A stretch of 64,000 nt of DNA from Escherichia coli (GCA_032372955.1 GCA_032372955.1_4725.1); one strand, 5' to 3'; shown: positions 9,987 through 19,985, numbered from the stretch's first letter. Made by a program: numbers and translations. Notes: generated by a model not told the origin, from the sequence alone.

Positions 9987-11289
9987 GAAGCCCGCGAAAC
10001 CCATCATCAACCCCCAACAACCCGCGAAGGCTCGCGACGATGTTTATCGTTCTGCGGTGGTGGATGAGCAATACAATAGTCAAATCGGGTTAGTGAATTA
10101 CGCATCCGGTTATTCCGTAGAATGTGATTATTACGAACAGATTCTCGGTCGCGATGATGAACAAAGCAGTTTTCAAGCTAACCGTGATATCGCTGAACAG
10201 CAGTACCGTCGCATCAGACATTACCCTATCAAGTTAATGTCGTCATTGACGCCGTCGTACGACAACGGTACCGCACGTTTTCAATCCGAGGGTACGTGTA
10301 TACTTCCGGCGGTATCGGTTCCTCTTTTAGGTAACATGCTGTTAATCTCCGGTCTCGATCATCGTATCGCGGTGTACACAATCACCCGAATCACGCCGAA
10401 GAACATCAGCTTAGCACCGGCTTACGAATGCGATATTTCCTTCCAACGTATTCTTGACGAAAAACAGCTTATCGAACTGGAAGCGAAAATCGTTGAAGAT
10501 ACGCTATACGACCAAGACCAGTTAAAGCACGGAAAACATCCCGTAATGGCAACGGAGAAATACAATCGTAAGTATGATTATCTCCGTCGTGCACTGGGAC
10601 TTTGTCACGCGTATTACCACGAATTTTACAGCCGTGAACTCAACACACTGCTTGTTCCTGGTCAGGATGCGGCAACCTACGATCCCTGGTGTGTTAACGC
10701 GTTTACGAAATTATGGTCGTCGCTTGAAGGAAAGCCATCATGGAACTTCGGACGTCTTAACGTAGACGACAGCCAGGAAGCGAATGCGATTTCTGTCTTT
10801 GAATGGGTCATGGACGGACGTCGGGAAGACGAAGCACGGTTGACGGTGAAATTCACACTGTTGTCAACAAAGCGTTTCTATCAATACCCGGCTGCAGGTG
10901 GGATTCGTTTTAGCGGGGCGCGGTTCTGTATGTGGCCTGCGACCACGTCGCTCGGTGATGACGTCGGTAAAGAGTTAGCCGTGCCTGAAAACACACCACC
11001 GACAAACCCGTTGGTGACCAACCTTACATCGATGGAGTATGATGGCGTTCCGTTGTTTCCATCGGTAGCGGACGATCCGTACTATGTTTTCACAGAGGCT
11101 TTCTATCGCAACCAAGCCCCGATGACGATCATTGAGAGTATGGTGCGTGATATGGTCGATGAGAAAGCAATCAGCCATCCAGCACTAAAACAGATGGTTG
11201 ATGCAATACCGTTGCTTTCTCCGCTAGATCGTTATTATTTCACACCGTTCGTTATTATGCTGTTACGAGCAGGAGCTATTGAACCATGA
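9973..11289 (+). CDS. hypothetical protein (coupled block)
   Basis: 438-aa ORF with AGGAG 9 nt upstream. It overlaps the previous gene by 14 nt. Confidence 0.65.
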   Translation: MALAKKPAKPIINPQQPAKARDDVYRSAVVDEQYNSQIGLVNYASGYSVECDYYEQILGRDDEQSSFQANRDIAEQQYRRIRHYPIKLMSSLTPSYDNGTARFQSEGTCILPAVSVPLLGNMLLISGLDHRIAVYTITRITPKNISLAPAYECDISFQRILDEKQLIELEAKIVEDTLYDQDQLKHGKHPVMATEKYNRKYDYLRRALGLCHAYYHEFYSRELNTLLVPGQDAATYDPWCVNAFTKLWSSLEGKPSWNFGRLNVDDSQEANAISVFEWVMDGRREDEARLTVKFTLLSTKRFYQYPAAGGIRFSGARFCMWPATTSLGDDVGKELAVPENTPPTNPLVTNLTSMEYDGVPLFPSVADDPYYVFTEAFYRNQAPMTIIESMVRDMVDEKAISHPALKQMVDAIPLLSPLDRYYFTPFVIMLLRAGAIEP

Positions 11290-11891
11290 GTCTACAACAC
11301 GTTAAAGATACCCCAACCAAACGTCTATTTGAACGTAAATTCGAATTCTGGATTCCCCGTAAATTCATGGTGGATAACTACACCAACGAGGTCAGCGGCG
11401 TCTACTCTTCAGGGGTTGCAGAAATCGACGATATGGCCATGAACGAAGAGGTGCCCGCACAGCTCACCGTACCGCAGGCTGCTGAAAAACATTCTCGTGG
11501 TGTCCCTATGCGTATTGCAAATCCTGACGTGAACGCCATGAAGATGTTCATGCTTCTTCTGGAACACACGGAATACGTTAAATACAATCTCGAAAACGAT
11601 CCTAACGCGCGCGTACCGTCTCTCGAAGCCAGTCGTATCCTCGAAGAGTTCATGGGTGGTCTGTGGAACGTTGCACGCGGTCGCATTAAAGACCCAACCG
11701 AAATGAGCGGATTATCTTCACGTTTACGTGAAATCGGTCAGCGTCGTAAAATCGGCATCAACCGCGCACGTCGCGGTGGTCTCAATGCAGGCCCAACCGT
11801 TGAAGAGCAACTGCAGGCGGTTCGTCACAGTGAATTCCGTGGTACGAAGATCGAAGAATTCATCATCCAACAACAACAACGGGGTCGTTAA
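11286..11891 (+). CDS. hypothetical protein (coupled block)
   Basis: ATGA start/stop overlap with the upstream gene. 201 aa. Confidence 0.6.
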   Translation: MSLQHVKDTPTKRLFERKFEFWIPRKFMVDNYTNEVSGVYSSGVAEIDDMAMNEEVPAQLTVPQAAEKHSRGVPMRIANPDVNAMKMFMLLLEHTEYVKYNLENDPNARVPSLEASRILEEFMGGLWNVARGRIKDPTEMSGLSSRLREIGQRRKIGINRARRGGLNAGPTVEEQLQAVRHSEFRGTKIEEFIIQQQQRGR

Positions 11892-11893
11892 AC

Positions 11894-13261
11894 ATGGATT
11901 ACAAACAGACGCCGTTAGGACGGTATATCGGTACATTTGCGCAGGAAGCAGTTGCTGTTGCGTATAAAGTCACCGCGGAATTAATCACGCCGTCAATGAC
12001 GGTGTCTGTTCCTTTAGTGACTCAAGTCCACACGTATCGAGACTATGAACGTAACGCAGGAGATGAACTTTATATCTCTGTAAAGTTCCCGCCTGGCAGT
12101 TACGGAAAATACATCTTACCGTACCAACAACAACTTAAAATGCGTATCATCGTGCAGGCATACAGCCTGATGCGTGGACAACGCCAAACCGTAGACGATG
12201 CCGCACAAGCTTACGTCTACCGAGCGGTTTGTTTAACAACCGTAGACAGTCGTATGTCTGCTACCGACGAACGTACCGCAACAGATTCTTCGAAGAAAGA
12301 CTACGAACAAATGGTCGATCTTCAATTTCAACTGTTCGATCCTGTTCTTGAAAGCTTCATGCAATCAGAAACCGGTGAAAACTATACTGGGTCGAAAGTG
12401 TTGGATGTGTTGCGCCTTGAATTCAGCAAGATACTTTCTGCGGTTGAAGCCGACACCGGATTCAAAATGCAGGGCGTGGACATTGTTGCGCCGAATAACG
12501 ACAATCTGTTCAAGTTGCTTATTCTTCCGCACGGTACCAACGCAATGGATCTCGTAGACAAAATCCAGAACCAGGTCGGTATTTATTCAGCGGACGTAGG
12601 TTGTTATTATCAATCCCCGTATCTGTATATTTATCCTCTCTACGACGAAACCCGTTTCTCTGACGGTCGTCGCACGGCTATCTTTTACAACTACCCTGCC
12701 GATATGTTTCCAGGCATGGACAAGACCTGGATCAATCGTGACAAATACGTGGAAATTGCATGTACGAGAGGGGCGTCGGTAAGCGACATCAATAACGCGG
12801 CTTCGTTGTTAGGTAATGCGGGTGGGCGTTTTGTTTCGGCAAGTCAGATGAGTCAGGGAATGACATTATCAAAAGGAGGCGATACGATAATCAGTCGTAC
12901 TGTAAACGTTAGCGAGTACGTAACTGAAGAACGTAGCGATAACGTGAAGGTGGCGAAAGGGATGGGACGCGTAACCGATAACCGATGGCGTGAATTAAGT
13001 AATACTGCTGGATTACGCGGCAGGACAATGCAGTTGGTGTGGGAATACGCAAACATGGATATGTTGTATCCCGGCATGCCTGCTAAAGTTGTGTGGATGC
13101 AGGATAACAATCTCTGCGAAGCATACGGGGTTATCATGCGTACCGATTGTGCTGTTACGATGGCAGGTTCTTCTGTACGTGAACCACAGTGGACATGCCA
13201 TGGTACGGTCACGTTATGGCTTGCACCAGAAAAAGACAACACCGTTCGTCCAACCGTTTAA
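11894..13261 (+). CDS. hypothetical protein (coupled block)
   Basis: 455-aa ORF starting 2 nt after the previous stop. It is followed by the conserved hairpin at 13266-13297. Confidence 0.65.
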   Translation: MDYKQTPLGRYIGTFAQEAVAVAYKVTAELITPSMTVSVPLVTQVHTYRDYERNAGDELYISVKFPPGSYGKYILPYQQQLKMRIIVQAYSLMRGQRQTVDDAAQAYVYRAVCLTTVDSRMSATDERTATDSSKKDYEQMVDLQFQLFDPVLESFMQSETGENYTGSKVLDVLRLEFSKILSAVEADTGFKMQGVDIVAPNNDNLFKLLILPHGTNAMDLVDKIQNQVGIYSADVGCYYQSPYLYIYPLYDETRFSDGRRTAIFYNYPADMFPGMDKTWINRDKYVEIACTRGASVSDINNAASLLGNAGGRFVSASQMSQGMTLSKGGDTIISRTVNVSEYVTEERSDNVKVAKGMGRVTDNRWRELSNTAGLRGRTMQLVWEYANMDMLYPGMPAKVVWMQDNNLCEAYGVIMRTDCAVTMAGSSVREPQWTCHGTVTLWLAPEKDNTVRPTV

Positions 13262-13265
13262 TATT

Positions 13266-13297
13266 CCCTCTCCCTTCCCTTACGGGTTGGGAGAGGG
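13266..13297. terminator. conserved Y/R hairpin, copy 2
   Basis: ccctctcccttccc-ttac-gggttgggagaggg, then cttatgctgtc. Confidence 0.7.
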
Positions 13298-13331
13298 CTT
13301 ATGCTGTCTTATTTCGCATTACTCCAGTTTA

Positions 13332-13356
13332 TTTCGCGACTACATTACCTAGGTGA
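13332..13356 (+). promoter_or_regulatory. conserved 25-nt promoter-like motif, copy A
   Basis: TTTCGCGACTACATTACCTAGGTGA, located 35 nt after hairpin copy 2 and ~200 nt upstream of gene 13559. Confidence 0.55.
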
Positions 13357-13558
13357 TAAGAGCGGTTACTGTTGTCGCTGTAAATTTCTCTTAATAATCG
13401 AGGATACAGTCATGGCCTTATTAATACGCGACCCGTCAGCATACGAAAACACGCGTTATAACCATAACCAGTTCGGCAATAATTTCTAACAAAGAACGAT
13501 CAATCTATGCATTGATTCTTCTATCCGCAATCCACCTAACATAGAAAGGTAAAATACG

Positions 13559-14128
13559 ATGTTTAATCCAGAAATCATGATTCTTGATCCTTGGTACCTC
13601 AACAAACTTCCAGGAATCAAAATGCCAGGCGATCCTCACGCATTCGATTTGATGGTCGTTGCCGAAGTTACCAGCAATACGGTTAACACCATCGACGATG
13701 ATGAGGTTCCTGTTGAAGAGGTGTTCTCTGTTACGACGACATTACTGGAAAGTCGAGAGCTGACCGAAAACGGCAGCGCCGATGAAATCATTCCTATCGA
13801 TGGTGAGATGGAGATCATGTTAACACAGGTCGAGTTGCACCATCGTGTCGCACCAACAAAAGACACGCCTTATGACAATGAACCTGCAGAACAACCTGAT
13901 GAAAACGGTCGAGTGAAACTTGCTGACATCGACGACGATGCTCTTGAAGATATCGACGAAAACGAAGAAACGAACTTCTACCAAGCTGAAGCGAAAGAAG
14001 CGTTTGATAAAGCGGTTCAGCATGATCGACGTATCACCGAGAAGATGATCCAACAACAACTTATCGGTAAACGTCTTAAGCTCGAATTCGCAAGCGGGGT
14101 GCTTACTACCTGGTCACTCATCGTCTAA
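13559..14128 (+). CDS. highly acidic hypothetical protein
   Basis: 189 aa with AAAGG upstream. It is very D/E-rich (runs such as IDDDEVPVEE and DIDDDALEDIDENEE). It is the first gene downstream of the promoter-like motif at 13332-13356. Confidence 0.6.
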   Translation: MFNPEIMILDPWYLNKLPGIKMPGDPHAFDLMVVAEVTSNTVNTIDDDEVPVEEVFSVTTTLLESRELTENGSADEIIPIDGEMEIMLTQVELHHRVAPTKDTPYDNEPAEQPDENGRVKLADIDDDALEDIDENEETNFYQAEAKEAFDKAVQHDRRITEKMIQQQLIGKRLKLEFASGVLTTWSLIV

Positions 14129-14197
14129 AACCGAAACAACGTTTTCATTTCCAATCACATACTCAACAATCTAAATCCAATTAAGAGGACAACATTT

Positions 14198-14599
14198 ATG
14201 TTTAATATTCTTAGTGTACCGCGTTCCCCTGTCAGTTCTTACTTCGGTATTATGACCAGTAAAGAACACAACGTGGAATATACTGTTATCGCTAAAGATC
14301 CATCACCGATCAACGTAACGTTTGCTGAAGGTACTACCGAACTCGTTCCGTTAAATGGTGAATTCAGTAAACCTGTTAACGGCGTCTACGAACTTATCAC
14401 TCGCGATCCGAATAACAACGCGACCTACCGTGTGGTGTGTGCGTTCAACAATAACAAATTGGTTATTGTTGCGGATAGCCGTGGGTTATCGTGGATGGCT
14501 GAGGAAGGCACACATCGTTACTACGAAGAATGCTTACGAACCGCAGGCATCTACGATCTGGTAATGGACGCCCGTGCTAAAAACGACCGGATGTTTTAA
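14198..14599 (+). CDS. hypothetical protein
   Basis: 133-aa ORF with AGAGGA RBS. Confidence 0.6.
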   Translation: MFNILSVPRSPVSSYFGIMTSKEHNVEYTVIAKDPSPINVTFAEGTTELVPLNGEFSKPVNGVYELITRDPNNNATYRVVCAFNNNKLVIVADSRGLSWMAEEGTHRYYEECLRTAGIYDLVMDARAKNDRMF

Positions 14600-14605
14600 A
14601 TTATC

Positions 14606-14932
14606 ATGATTACTCGAGAAATCATTTACGACGCTATTATCGAATGCCGCCATCGCGTCATGCGTGGAACGGTGTATAACTACCACTTAAACAACATTAT
14701 CAGTGAATGTACGGCGGTGATGACTAGCGCGCTGGGTAAACCTAGCGCTATCGCACTCTATCCAAACATCACTGAACAGGAGCAAATCAATATCGAAAAC
14801 CAACGTCGAGTGAATCGCCAATACGATGTAACAGCCATGCACGCATGGCTTATCGTTGCAGCGAAACTCAACACGCTTCTCACTGAGAACGGCTGGAAAT
14901 TTTCACCTAATGAATTCATGACAATAAGTTAA
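14606..14932 (+). CDS. hypothetical protein
   Basis: 108-aa ORF, 6 nt after the previous stop. It is followed by the bidirectional hairpin at 14949-14980. Confidence 0.55.
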   Translation: MITREIIYDAIIECRHRVMRGTVYNYHLNNIISECTAVMTSALGKPSAIALYPNITEQEQINIENQRRVNRQYDVTAMHAWLIVAAKLNTLLTENGWKFSPNEFMTIS

Positions 14933-14948
14933 TCAAAGCGGTCATAAC

Positions 14949-15002
14949 CCCTCCTCCTTCCCTTACGGGTTGGAGGAGGGAACCGCACAATCTTTTTTTT
15001 TT
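14949..15002. terminator. conserved Y/R hairpin, copy 3, plus a T-run (bidirectional, between convergent genes)
   Basis: ccctcctccttccc-ttac-gggttggaggaggg. A T-run lies at 14992-15002. TTATG is on the minus-strand side (14943-14947). Confidence 0.7.
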
Positions 15003-15006
15003 GCGT

Positions 15007-16617
15007 TTAAAATTCTAAATCAAATTGTAATTCATTACTCGGTGCTGCGTTTTCATCGAACTTGTTCCACGGACCTTTACCTCCCTCGGAGACAGGTTGT
15101 CCGCCAACCTTGCGGCAATATACTGCTTTCTTACCGTAATCATCAGGAAGCATCCCGATGGTTTGGAATGGCATCGCGAAATGTTTGTCTTCAGGTTTCG
15201 TTGAACCGTTATCCGGTTGACGGTCTTTCCCTAATGCAAAGACCTGCCAGCTTTGACGTTTGCCGGGTTCCTTAACGATATCAACAATCACTTCAAGGTC
15301 AATCTCGCGGTCAATCCCTTTACAACCATCCCAGTAACTTAAACCTGCGACCTGGTCAACGAACTCTTCATCGTTACCATCACGTGCACGCATCTTCGCA
15401 TCGGATGACAGCTGGTGTACGGTCATGCCTAAAATACGTTTAACGCTGCAGAGGTTACGGACTTTGTTAAAGAGTTCTTGGAGCCATGCGCCGGTCGGCC
15501 CATTTCTATCCAGCCCTTCCGATGAGAACATTTTCAGATAGTCAATGAACAACGCCATGACTTCATAACCCATGCGTTCGAAATGGTCGATGAGATTAGC
15601 GAGTTGTTTATAACTCATCCCATCAACACGACGCATACAAACAGAGAAACCCGCATCATTGAACACCTTCAACACATAACGTGATGCCTCGCGAGGGTCA
15701 ATCTTACGAATATCGACATATTCGCCCGTTTCCTGTTCTCGCATGTTCTTGTATATTTGAAGCGTGTTTTCTTCCACTTCGTTTTCTGTCGACAAATGAA
15801 TCAGTAATGCTTTCTTTGCTCGCTCCGGAAAAAAGAAATGGGGTTTATTGTACAGTGCCAGATGCGTGAACAGTTTTAACAACACACCTGACTTGTTCCG
15901 GTGCTGCATCGCACCAATCAGTCCTAAGGTACCGCGACGTAAAACACCGACCGACCCCAACATTTTATTAAAACCTTGCCAGCCGGTTACAAACCCACCT
16001 TCAGGACTGTTACGTTCCATCGCTTTGACGAACATACGTTCAACTTTCTCGATATCGTCTTCACTGTCAGCGATAAAGCCGTCAATCATACACGACATCT
16101 CTTCGGGATTTTCGGTATCCATTTCGATACTGTCTAGCGATAATTTCAAATTCGCCATCGCATCGAAAAATTCTTTATCCCCAAGTCGCCCGTTACTGAT
16201 ATCCATGTACGTGTTTCTAAAGGTTTCGAAAACACGACGACGGGTAATCAGATTACGTAATTCGTTGTAATAGAGTGAACAGACCTTACTGATATGAGCG
16301 TCGTCTTCGATATCGTACAGTCCGTCGGCGAGAATCTCGTAAAGATTGCTTTGCTCAAGGCAATCTAAACGTATCCTTTGTAACAACTGTTGTTTATCGA
16401 AAGGTTCCGATAATGGTTGTTCCAACATCCAATGAATGGTATTCATCAGGTTGTTGAAAACCTCTCTATCTACGTCTGTAGCGAGATGGTTTTTCGGGGG
16501 TTCGACTTTATCTAAGACGGATTTAACATGTTCGATCGTACTGGGATCGGGATGGTTCAATTGTGCATTACGAAACAGTAACGTAATAATCTTAATGGCT
16601 ATCTGTTTTGGGTCCAT
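15007..16617 (-). CDS. DnaB-family / RecA-fold replicative helicase-like ATPase
   Basis: Motifs read by eye: GAMQHRNKSG (Walker A-like), MALFIDYL (Walker B-like) and VHQLSSDAKMR (DnaB H3/H4-like). I set the start at ATG 16617 (AAGGA upstream). The track's GTG at 16701 has no RBS and would overlap the divergent gene. Confidence 0.5.
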   Translation of the reverse strand: MDPKQIAIKIITLLFRNAQLNHPDPSTIEHVKSVLDKVEPPKNHLATDVDREVFNNLMNTIHWMLEQPLSEPFDKQQLLQRIRLDCLEQSNLYEILADGLYDIEDDAHISKVCSLYYNELRNLITRRRVFETFRNTYMDISNGRLGDKEFFDAMANLKLSLDSIEMDTENPEEMSCMIDGFIADSEDDIEKVERMFVKAMERNSPEGGFVTGWQGFNKMLGSVGVLRRGTLGLIGAMQHRNKSGVLLKLFTHLALYNKPHFFFPERAKKALLIHLSTENEVEENTLQIYKNMREQETGEYVDIRKIDPREASRYVLKVFNDAGFSVCMRRVDGMSYKQLANLIDHFERMGYEVMALFIDYLKMFSSEGLDRNGPTGAWLQELFNKVRNLCSVKRILGMTVHQLSSDAKMRARDGNDEEFVDQVAGLSYWDGCKGIDREIDLEVIVDIVKEPGKRQSWQVFALGKDRQPDNGSTKPEDKHFAMPFQTIGMLPDDYGKKAVYCRKVGGQPVSEGGKGPWNKFDENAAPSNELQFDLEF

Positions 16618-16656
16618 CGACTCAATCCTTTCGATACTTGCAAAGAGGTAATCATA

Positions 16657-17277
16657 ATGAAGGAACTCCGATATCTCGTCGTTCCGAATTGGGTAGAACA
16701 CGCGATTATTCGAAATGCGCGTGATGACTTACAGGTGTTATTAGATCCTAAAAGTCTTTTCGGCATACTATCGCCCAATGATGTAGGTTTTTATTTCGCA
16801 GCCCAGAACGTGCCTTTCTTCATCACGAAAGAACACGAACAAGCGAACCCTGCGGTTCATCTTAACAACCTGCTTGGTGGTATGTTTGCGTATCACTATG
16901 ACGAAACAGGTTTGCCGCCAGAGAAGAATGTTGATGTGCTGTGTGAGTACATCAATCGTTATGACAATGGTTATTACCATTTACTGACGAGCTATCCGCG
17001 TGATATTGAACGTCGTTTGGCGGATCCAACTTACAGCCCAGACAAACGTCCGTTGAGTGTTCGGGTGCGTTATGTTAATGAGGATGTGATCGCGATTGTT
17101 GTCGATTGTCTTCCTTTATTGGCAGAAGAGTTATTGAGCGATCGTATTGCTGATAACTACAGCGCCGTTATTGAACACCTGCGAATTAATATGAGTCTTG
17201 CGGAAGTTGCGCAATTGCCGCTGTTCCGTTCATATTGCACCAATCGTTCCATCCATTATCGCCTGCGTCGTTTGTGA
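16657..17277 (+). CDS. hypothetical protein
   Basis: 206-aa ORF with AGAGG 8 nt upstream. It is divergent from the helicase-like gene. Confidence 0.6.
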   Translation: MKELRYLVVPNWVEHAIIRNARDDLQVLLDPKSLFGILSPNDVGFYFAAQNVPFFITKEHEQANPAVHLNNLLGGMFAYHYDETGLPPEKNVDVLCEYINRYDNGYYHLLTSYPRDIERRLADPTYSPDKRPLSVRVRYVNEDVIAIVVDCLPLLAEELLSDRIADNYSAVIEHLRINMSLAEVAQLPLFRSYCTNRSIHYRLRRL

Positions 17278-17393
17278 CGTAGGGAAAAGTTATGCGGCAT
17301 TTTTAGTGTTGTATCACGACCTCAATAACGGTAAGTGTTTACTGATACTATAGTGGCGCATGCACGCGTGTACGCTATGGTCTATCGACCGAC

Positions 17394-17415
17394 TTATATA
17401 AGTTAATTCTGTAAA
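17394..17415 (+). promoter_or_regulatory. capsid-gene upstream motif TTATATAAGTTAATTCTGTAAA
   Basis: It shares 13 of 14 nt with 46308-46321, and ends 11 nt before the capsid ATG. Confidence 0.35.
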
Positions 17416-17426
17416 GGATACTTTCA

Positions 17427-19649
17427 ATGAATGATAAAACCCTTCTTAGCCAACAGGTCGCGGCCACTCGCCAGTTCCTGACCGCTAATGGTAGCAAACC
17501 AGCAGACAAAGGTCTGGAGAACACCTTCCTGTCTATGGAATCTGCTTCTAAGGTTGATTTCAAATCCATGGACAAACTGGTTAACGAAATGGATGTTAAG
17601 AGCTTCAGCAGCGACATCCGTAAAGCAGAAGAACCGGTTCTGTCCATGCTGGGCTTCGAAACCACCACTCCGGAAGAGAAGCAGCGTATTGAAGAACAGC
17701 TGTTCACCATGAACGCACAGCAGGCTCGTGCAGCAGCACTGATCATGCTGGCTCATGGCAACCCGGTGGAATATGCTAAACAAGCACGTTCCATGAACAT
17801 CAGCACCACTCCGTCTGGCCGTGAAGTTGACAGCTCTAACTTCGTCATGATGGCCGCCGATTCCTGCGGTTGCGAATCTGAAGAACTGGTTCAGCTGTCC
17901 TACGACCAGAAAGAACTGCGTGACATGATGCCGTACTCCGTTGTGTTCAACGTGAAGGCTTCTCGTCTGAGCCGCATGGGTAACGAACTGTACAACACCA
18001 TCGTTCTGGCTCCGAACCAGATCGGTTACGACGTATCTTTCCGTCGTCCGCTGGTGTTCAACCACCTGCGTCGTAACGCTGACGGTACTCCGGCTGATTG
18101 GGTACGTCGTCCGCTGCTGGATGCGTTCATGTACAACGACGTTCTGTCCAACGACGTGACCGATCTGCATCCGATCTATCGTGCTGACGATGCTAACGCG
18201 CAGTACTTCGTTGACAAAACTATCGTTGCTCCGCGTGACATCGAAATTAAAGGCGTAACTTACAAAACGTCTTACCTGGCCGTTGATAAACTGATCGACA
18301 TGATCGGTATTGCTGAAGACGATAGCATCCTGGCTAACGGTTACAGCGACAACACCGACGCGCTGGACGCTCAGATCACGCTGACCAAAATCCTGGTGGA
18401 AATCAAATCCACCAAACACAGCAAAACCTCTTACGTACCGTTCGACGTATCTGGTCTGATCACCAACGGTTTCCAGAAATCCCTGGAAGGCGACTTCCGC
18501 AAAATGACCCTGGCGTTCGACACCCACTCCATCTTCGTTGATGAGAACACCGTTGACGTTAAAGGTGCACGAGCTGAAGCGCTGCAGGACATCATCGATT
18601 CGAAATCCGCTGCTCAGCTGGCAATCGAAGTTTACGGTTCTTCCAACGTAGAGAAAGCCGGTCTGCGTGTTAACGGCGCTAACGCTGAACTGTATCGTCT
18701 GGTCGATCGTGACAACATCGAACAACCGCGTAAGGGCGAAGAGTTCAAACAGCTGGCTGAAGACCTGAGCTTCAAACTGGTTGGTTACGAACTGCGTATC
18801 CGCCGTAACAACAGCAACCGTCGTGAGCGTGGTAAGCACCTTGACTTCAACATGAAGCAAGAACGTTACGCAATCGGCCTGCTGGCTCCGTTCTCCATTC
18901 CTCGTCCGCTGGATTGGGAAGAAAACGCTGCTGACCTGGACGTTCTGATCCAAGCTGCTAACGCACGTTTCGACAACCTGATGGTTGAGAAACTGTTCAG
19001 CTACAAAGACGCACTGAAAGCGGTTGCGACCTCTCGCTTCCGTCAGTTCGGCGACATCCAGATCGAAGGTTTCGGTCGTTACCTGATCCGTCCGTGGTTC
19101 GAAGAAATCAATCTGGACCTGGAGAAATCTGTTCAGGGTACCACCACTGCAGAACGTCGTGCTGAAGTGTCCGCTGCGATCATGAACGTGATTCGTGAGA
19201 TGGCATACCGCATGTACTCCGAGTCTGGTTATCAGCCAGCTCTGCAGCTGCTGTCTTCCAACGCTGATGAGAAACCGCGTTGCGTAGTAGCAACTGACAA
19301 CTACATCCCGCAGTTCCTGCAGACCGATGGCGATTTCCGTACCGTTGGTGTGAGCTTCAACTTCGTGGTTGTAGATAACCCGAACGTCATGCTGCGCGAT
19401 AAGATCTTCGTGACCCTGTCTCGTGGTATCCAGGGTTCTCCGGATCCGCTGACCTTCGGTATGTTCCTGTATGTACCGGAACTGGTATCTGTTGCTCAGG
19501 TTACCCGTAACGGTCAGGTTTCTAAAGAAACCATGGTTCAGCCGCGCTGCCGCTTCGTTAACAACTGCCCGCTGCTGGGTCTGATTAACGTTGTGAACCT
19601 GCGTAAGGTCTACACTGAAAACATCAAGCTGCCTGTTCAGACTAACTGA
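17427..19649 (+). CDS. putative major capsid protein (giant-phage size class)
   Basis: 740 aa. It has the strongest host-like codon optimisation in the window (CTG, CGT, GGT, AAC, TTC, GAA dominate), which implies very high expression. As I recall, the size matches phiKZ-class capsid proteins (~750 aa). It has its own upstream motif and a strong hairpin at 19749-19778. Confidence 0.6.
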   Translation: MNDKTLLSQQVAATRQFLTANGSKPADKGLENTFLSMESASKVDFKSMDKLVNEMDVKSFSSDIRKAEEPVLSMLGFETTTPEEKQRIEEQLFTMNAQQARAAALIMLAHGNPVEYAKQARSMNISTTPSGREVDSSNFVMMAADSCGCESEELVQLSYDQKELRDMMPYSVVFNVKASRLSRMGNELYNTIVLAPNQIGYDVSFRRPLVFNHLRRNADGTPADWVRRPLLDAFMYNDVLSNDVTDLHPIYRADDANAQYFVDKTIVAPRDIEIKGVTYKTSYLAVDKLIDMIGIAEDDSILANGYSDNTDALDAQITLTKILVEIKSTKHSKTSYVPFDVSGLITNGFQKSLEGDFRKMTLAFDTHSIFVDENTVDVKGARAEALQDIIDSKSAAQLAIEVYGSSNVEKAGLRVNGANAELYRLVDRDNIEQPRKGEEFKQLAEDLSFKLVGYELRIRRNNSNRRERGKHLDFNMKQERYAIGLLAPFSIPRPLDWEENAADLDVLIQAANARFDNLMVEKLFSYKDALKAVATSRFRQFGDIQIEGFGRYLIRPWFEEINLDLEKSVQGTTTAERRAEVSAAIMNVIREMAYRMYSESGYQPALQLLSSNADEKPRCVVATDNYIPQFLQTDGDFRTVGVSFNFVVVDNPNVMLRDKIFVTLSRGIQGSPDPLTFGMFLYVPELVSVAQVTRNGQVSKETMVQPRCRFVNNCPLLGLINVVNLRKVYTENIKLPVQTN

Positions 19650-19748
19650 ACTACCGTAGCTGCTTCGTTGGACGATATTCTTGACGACAACGTTGCGGAT
19701 GGTTTCATTGCACCGGACATTCATCCGGCACCGTGATACATAAGTCAG

Positions 19749-19778
19749 CCTCCCTCAGCCCGTAAGGGTTGGGGGAGG
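19749..19778. terminator. conserved Y/R hairpin, copy 4 (fully paired variant), after the capsid gene
   Basis: cctccctcagccc-gtaa-gggttgggggagg, then tttctatgccgt. Confidence 0.7.
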
Positions 19779-19811
19779 TTTCTATGCCGTTTACGTTGTG
19801 AATAGAAAAAA

Positions 19812-19836
19812 TTTGACGCTTACATTACCTAGGTGA
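19812..19836 (+). promoter_or_regulatory. conserved 25-nt promoter-like motif, copy B
   Basis: TTTGACGCTTACATTACCTAGGTGA, located 34 nt after hairpin copy 4 and ~150 nt upstream of gene 19986. Confidence 0.55.
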
Positions 19837-19985
19837 CAGACGCCTGCGATGAATAAGGCATAGACAACACGTAAGGTCGTTCTCGCGCTAGGAACGATGC
19901 TGAAACCGTCGGCTGTCGGCTCGATAAGAACAAGAAAAGGGAAATGCGTTATGCGTGATAGTTTTCAATCAGATGGAGGTTGACG

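Noticed and set aside
13301-13489. A 62-aa ORF starting at the ATG of the post-hairpin TTATG, and a nested 25-codon ORF at 13412 with a GAGGA RBS.
   Set aside because: The long version runs straight through promoter-like motif A and has U-rich, terminator-derived codons. The short one is possible, but it is too small to support without conservation or ribosome data, so I did not list it as a feature.
14970-15275. A 101-aa + strand ORF crossing the hairpin/T-run and the 3' end of the helicase-like gene.
   Set aside because: It starts inside the terminator hairpin, has no RBS, and overlaps a well-supported minus-strand gene.
17424-19724. A 766-aa ORF on the minus strand that mirrors the whole capsid gene.
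   Set aside because: It overlaps the codon-optimised + strand gene exactly. It has no RBS, and its product is compositionally odd (V/F/R/Q-rich). Stop-free antisense frames are an expected by-product of strong codon bias on the sense strand.
19812-19836. TTGACG in motif copy B read as a sigma70 -35 box, and TATATT/TACATT read as a -10 box.
   Set aside because: The TTGAC is present in only one of the four copies. With TATATT as the -10 box, the -35 positions (for example TGTAAC, TCTAAT) do not match. The conserved block is contiguous rather than bipartite.
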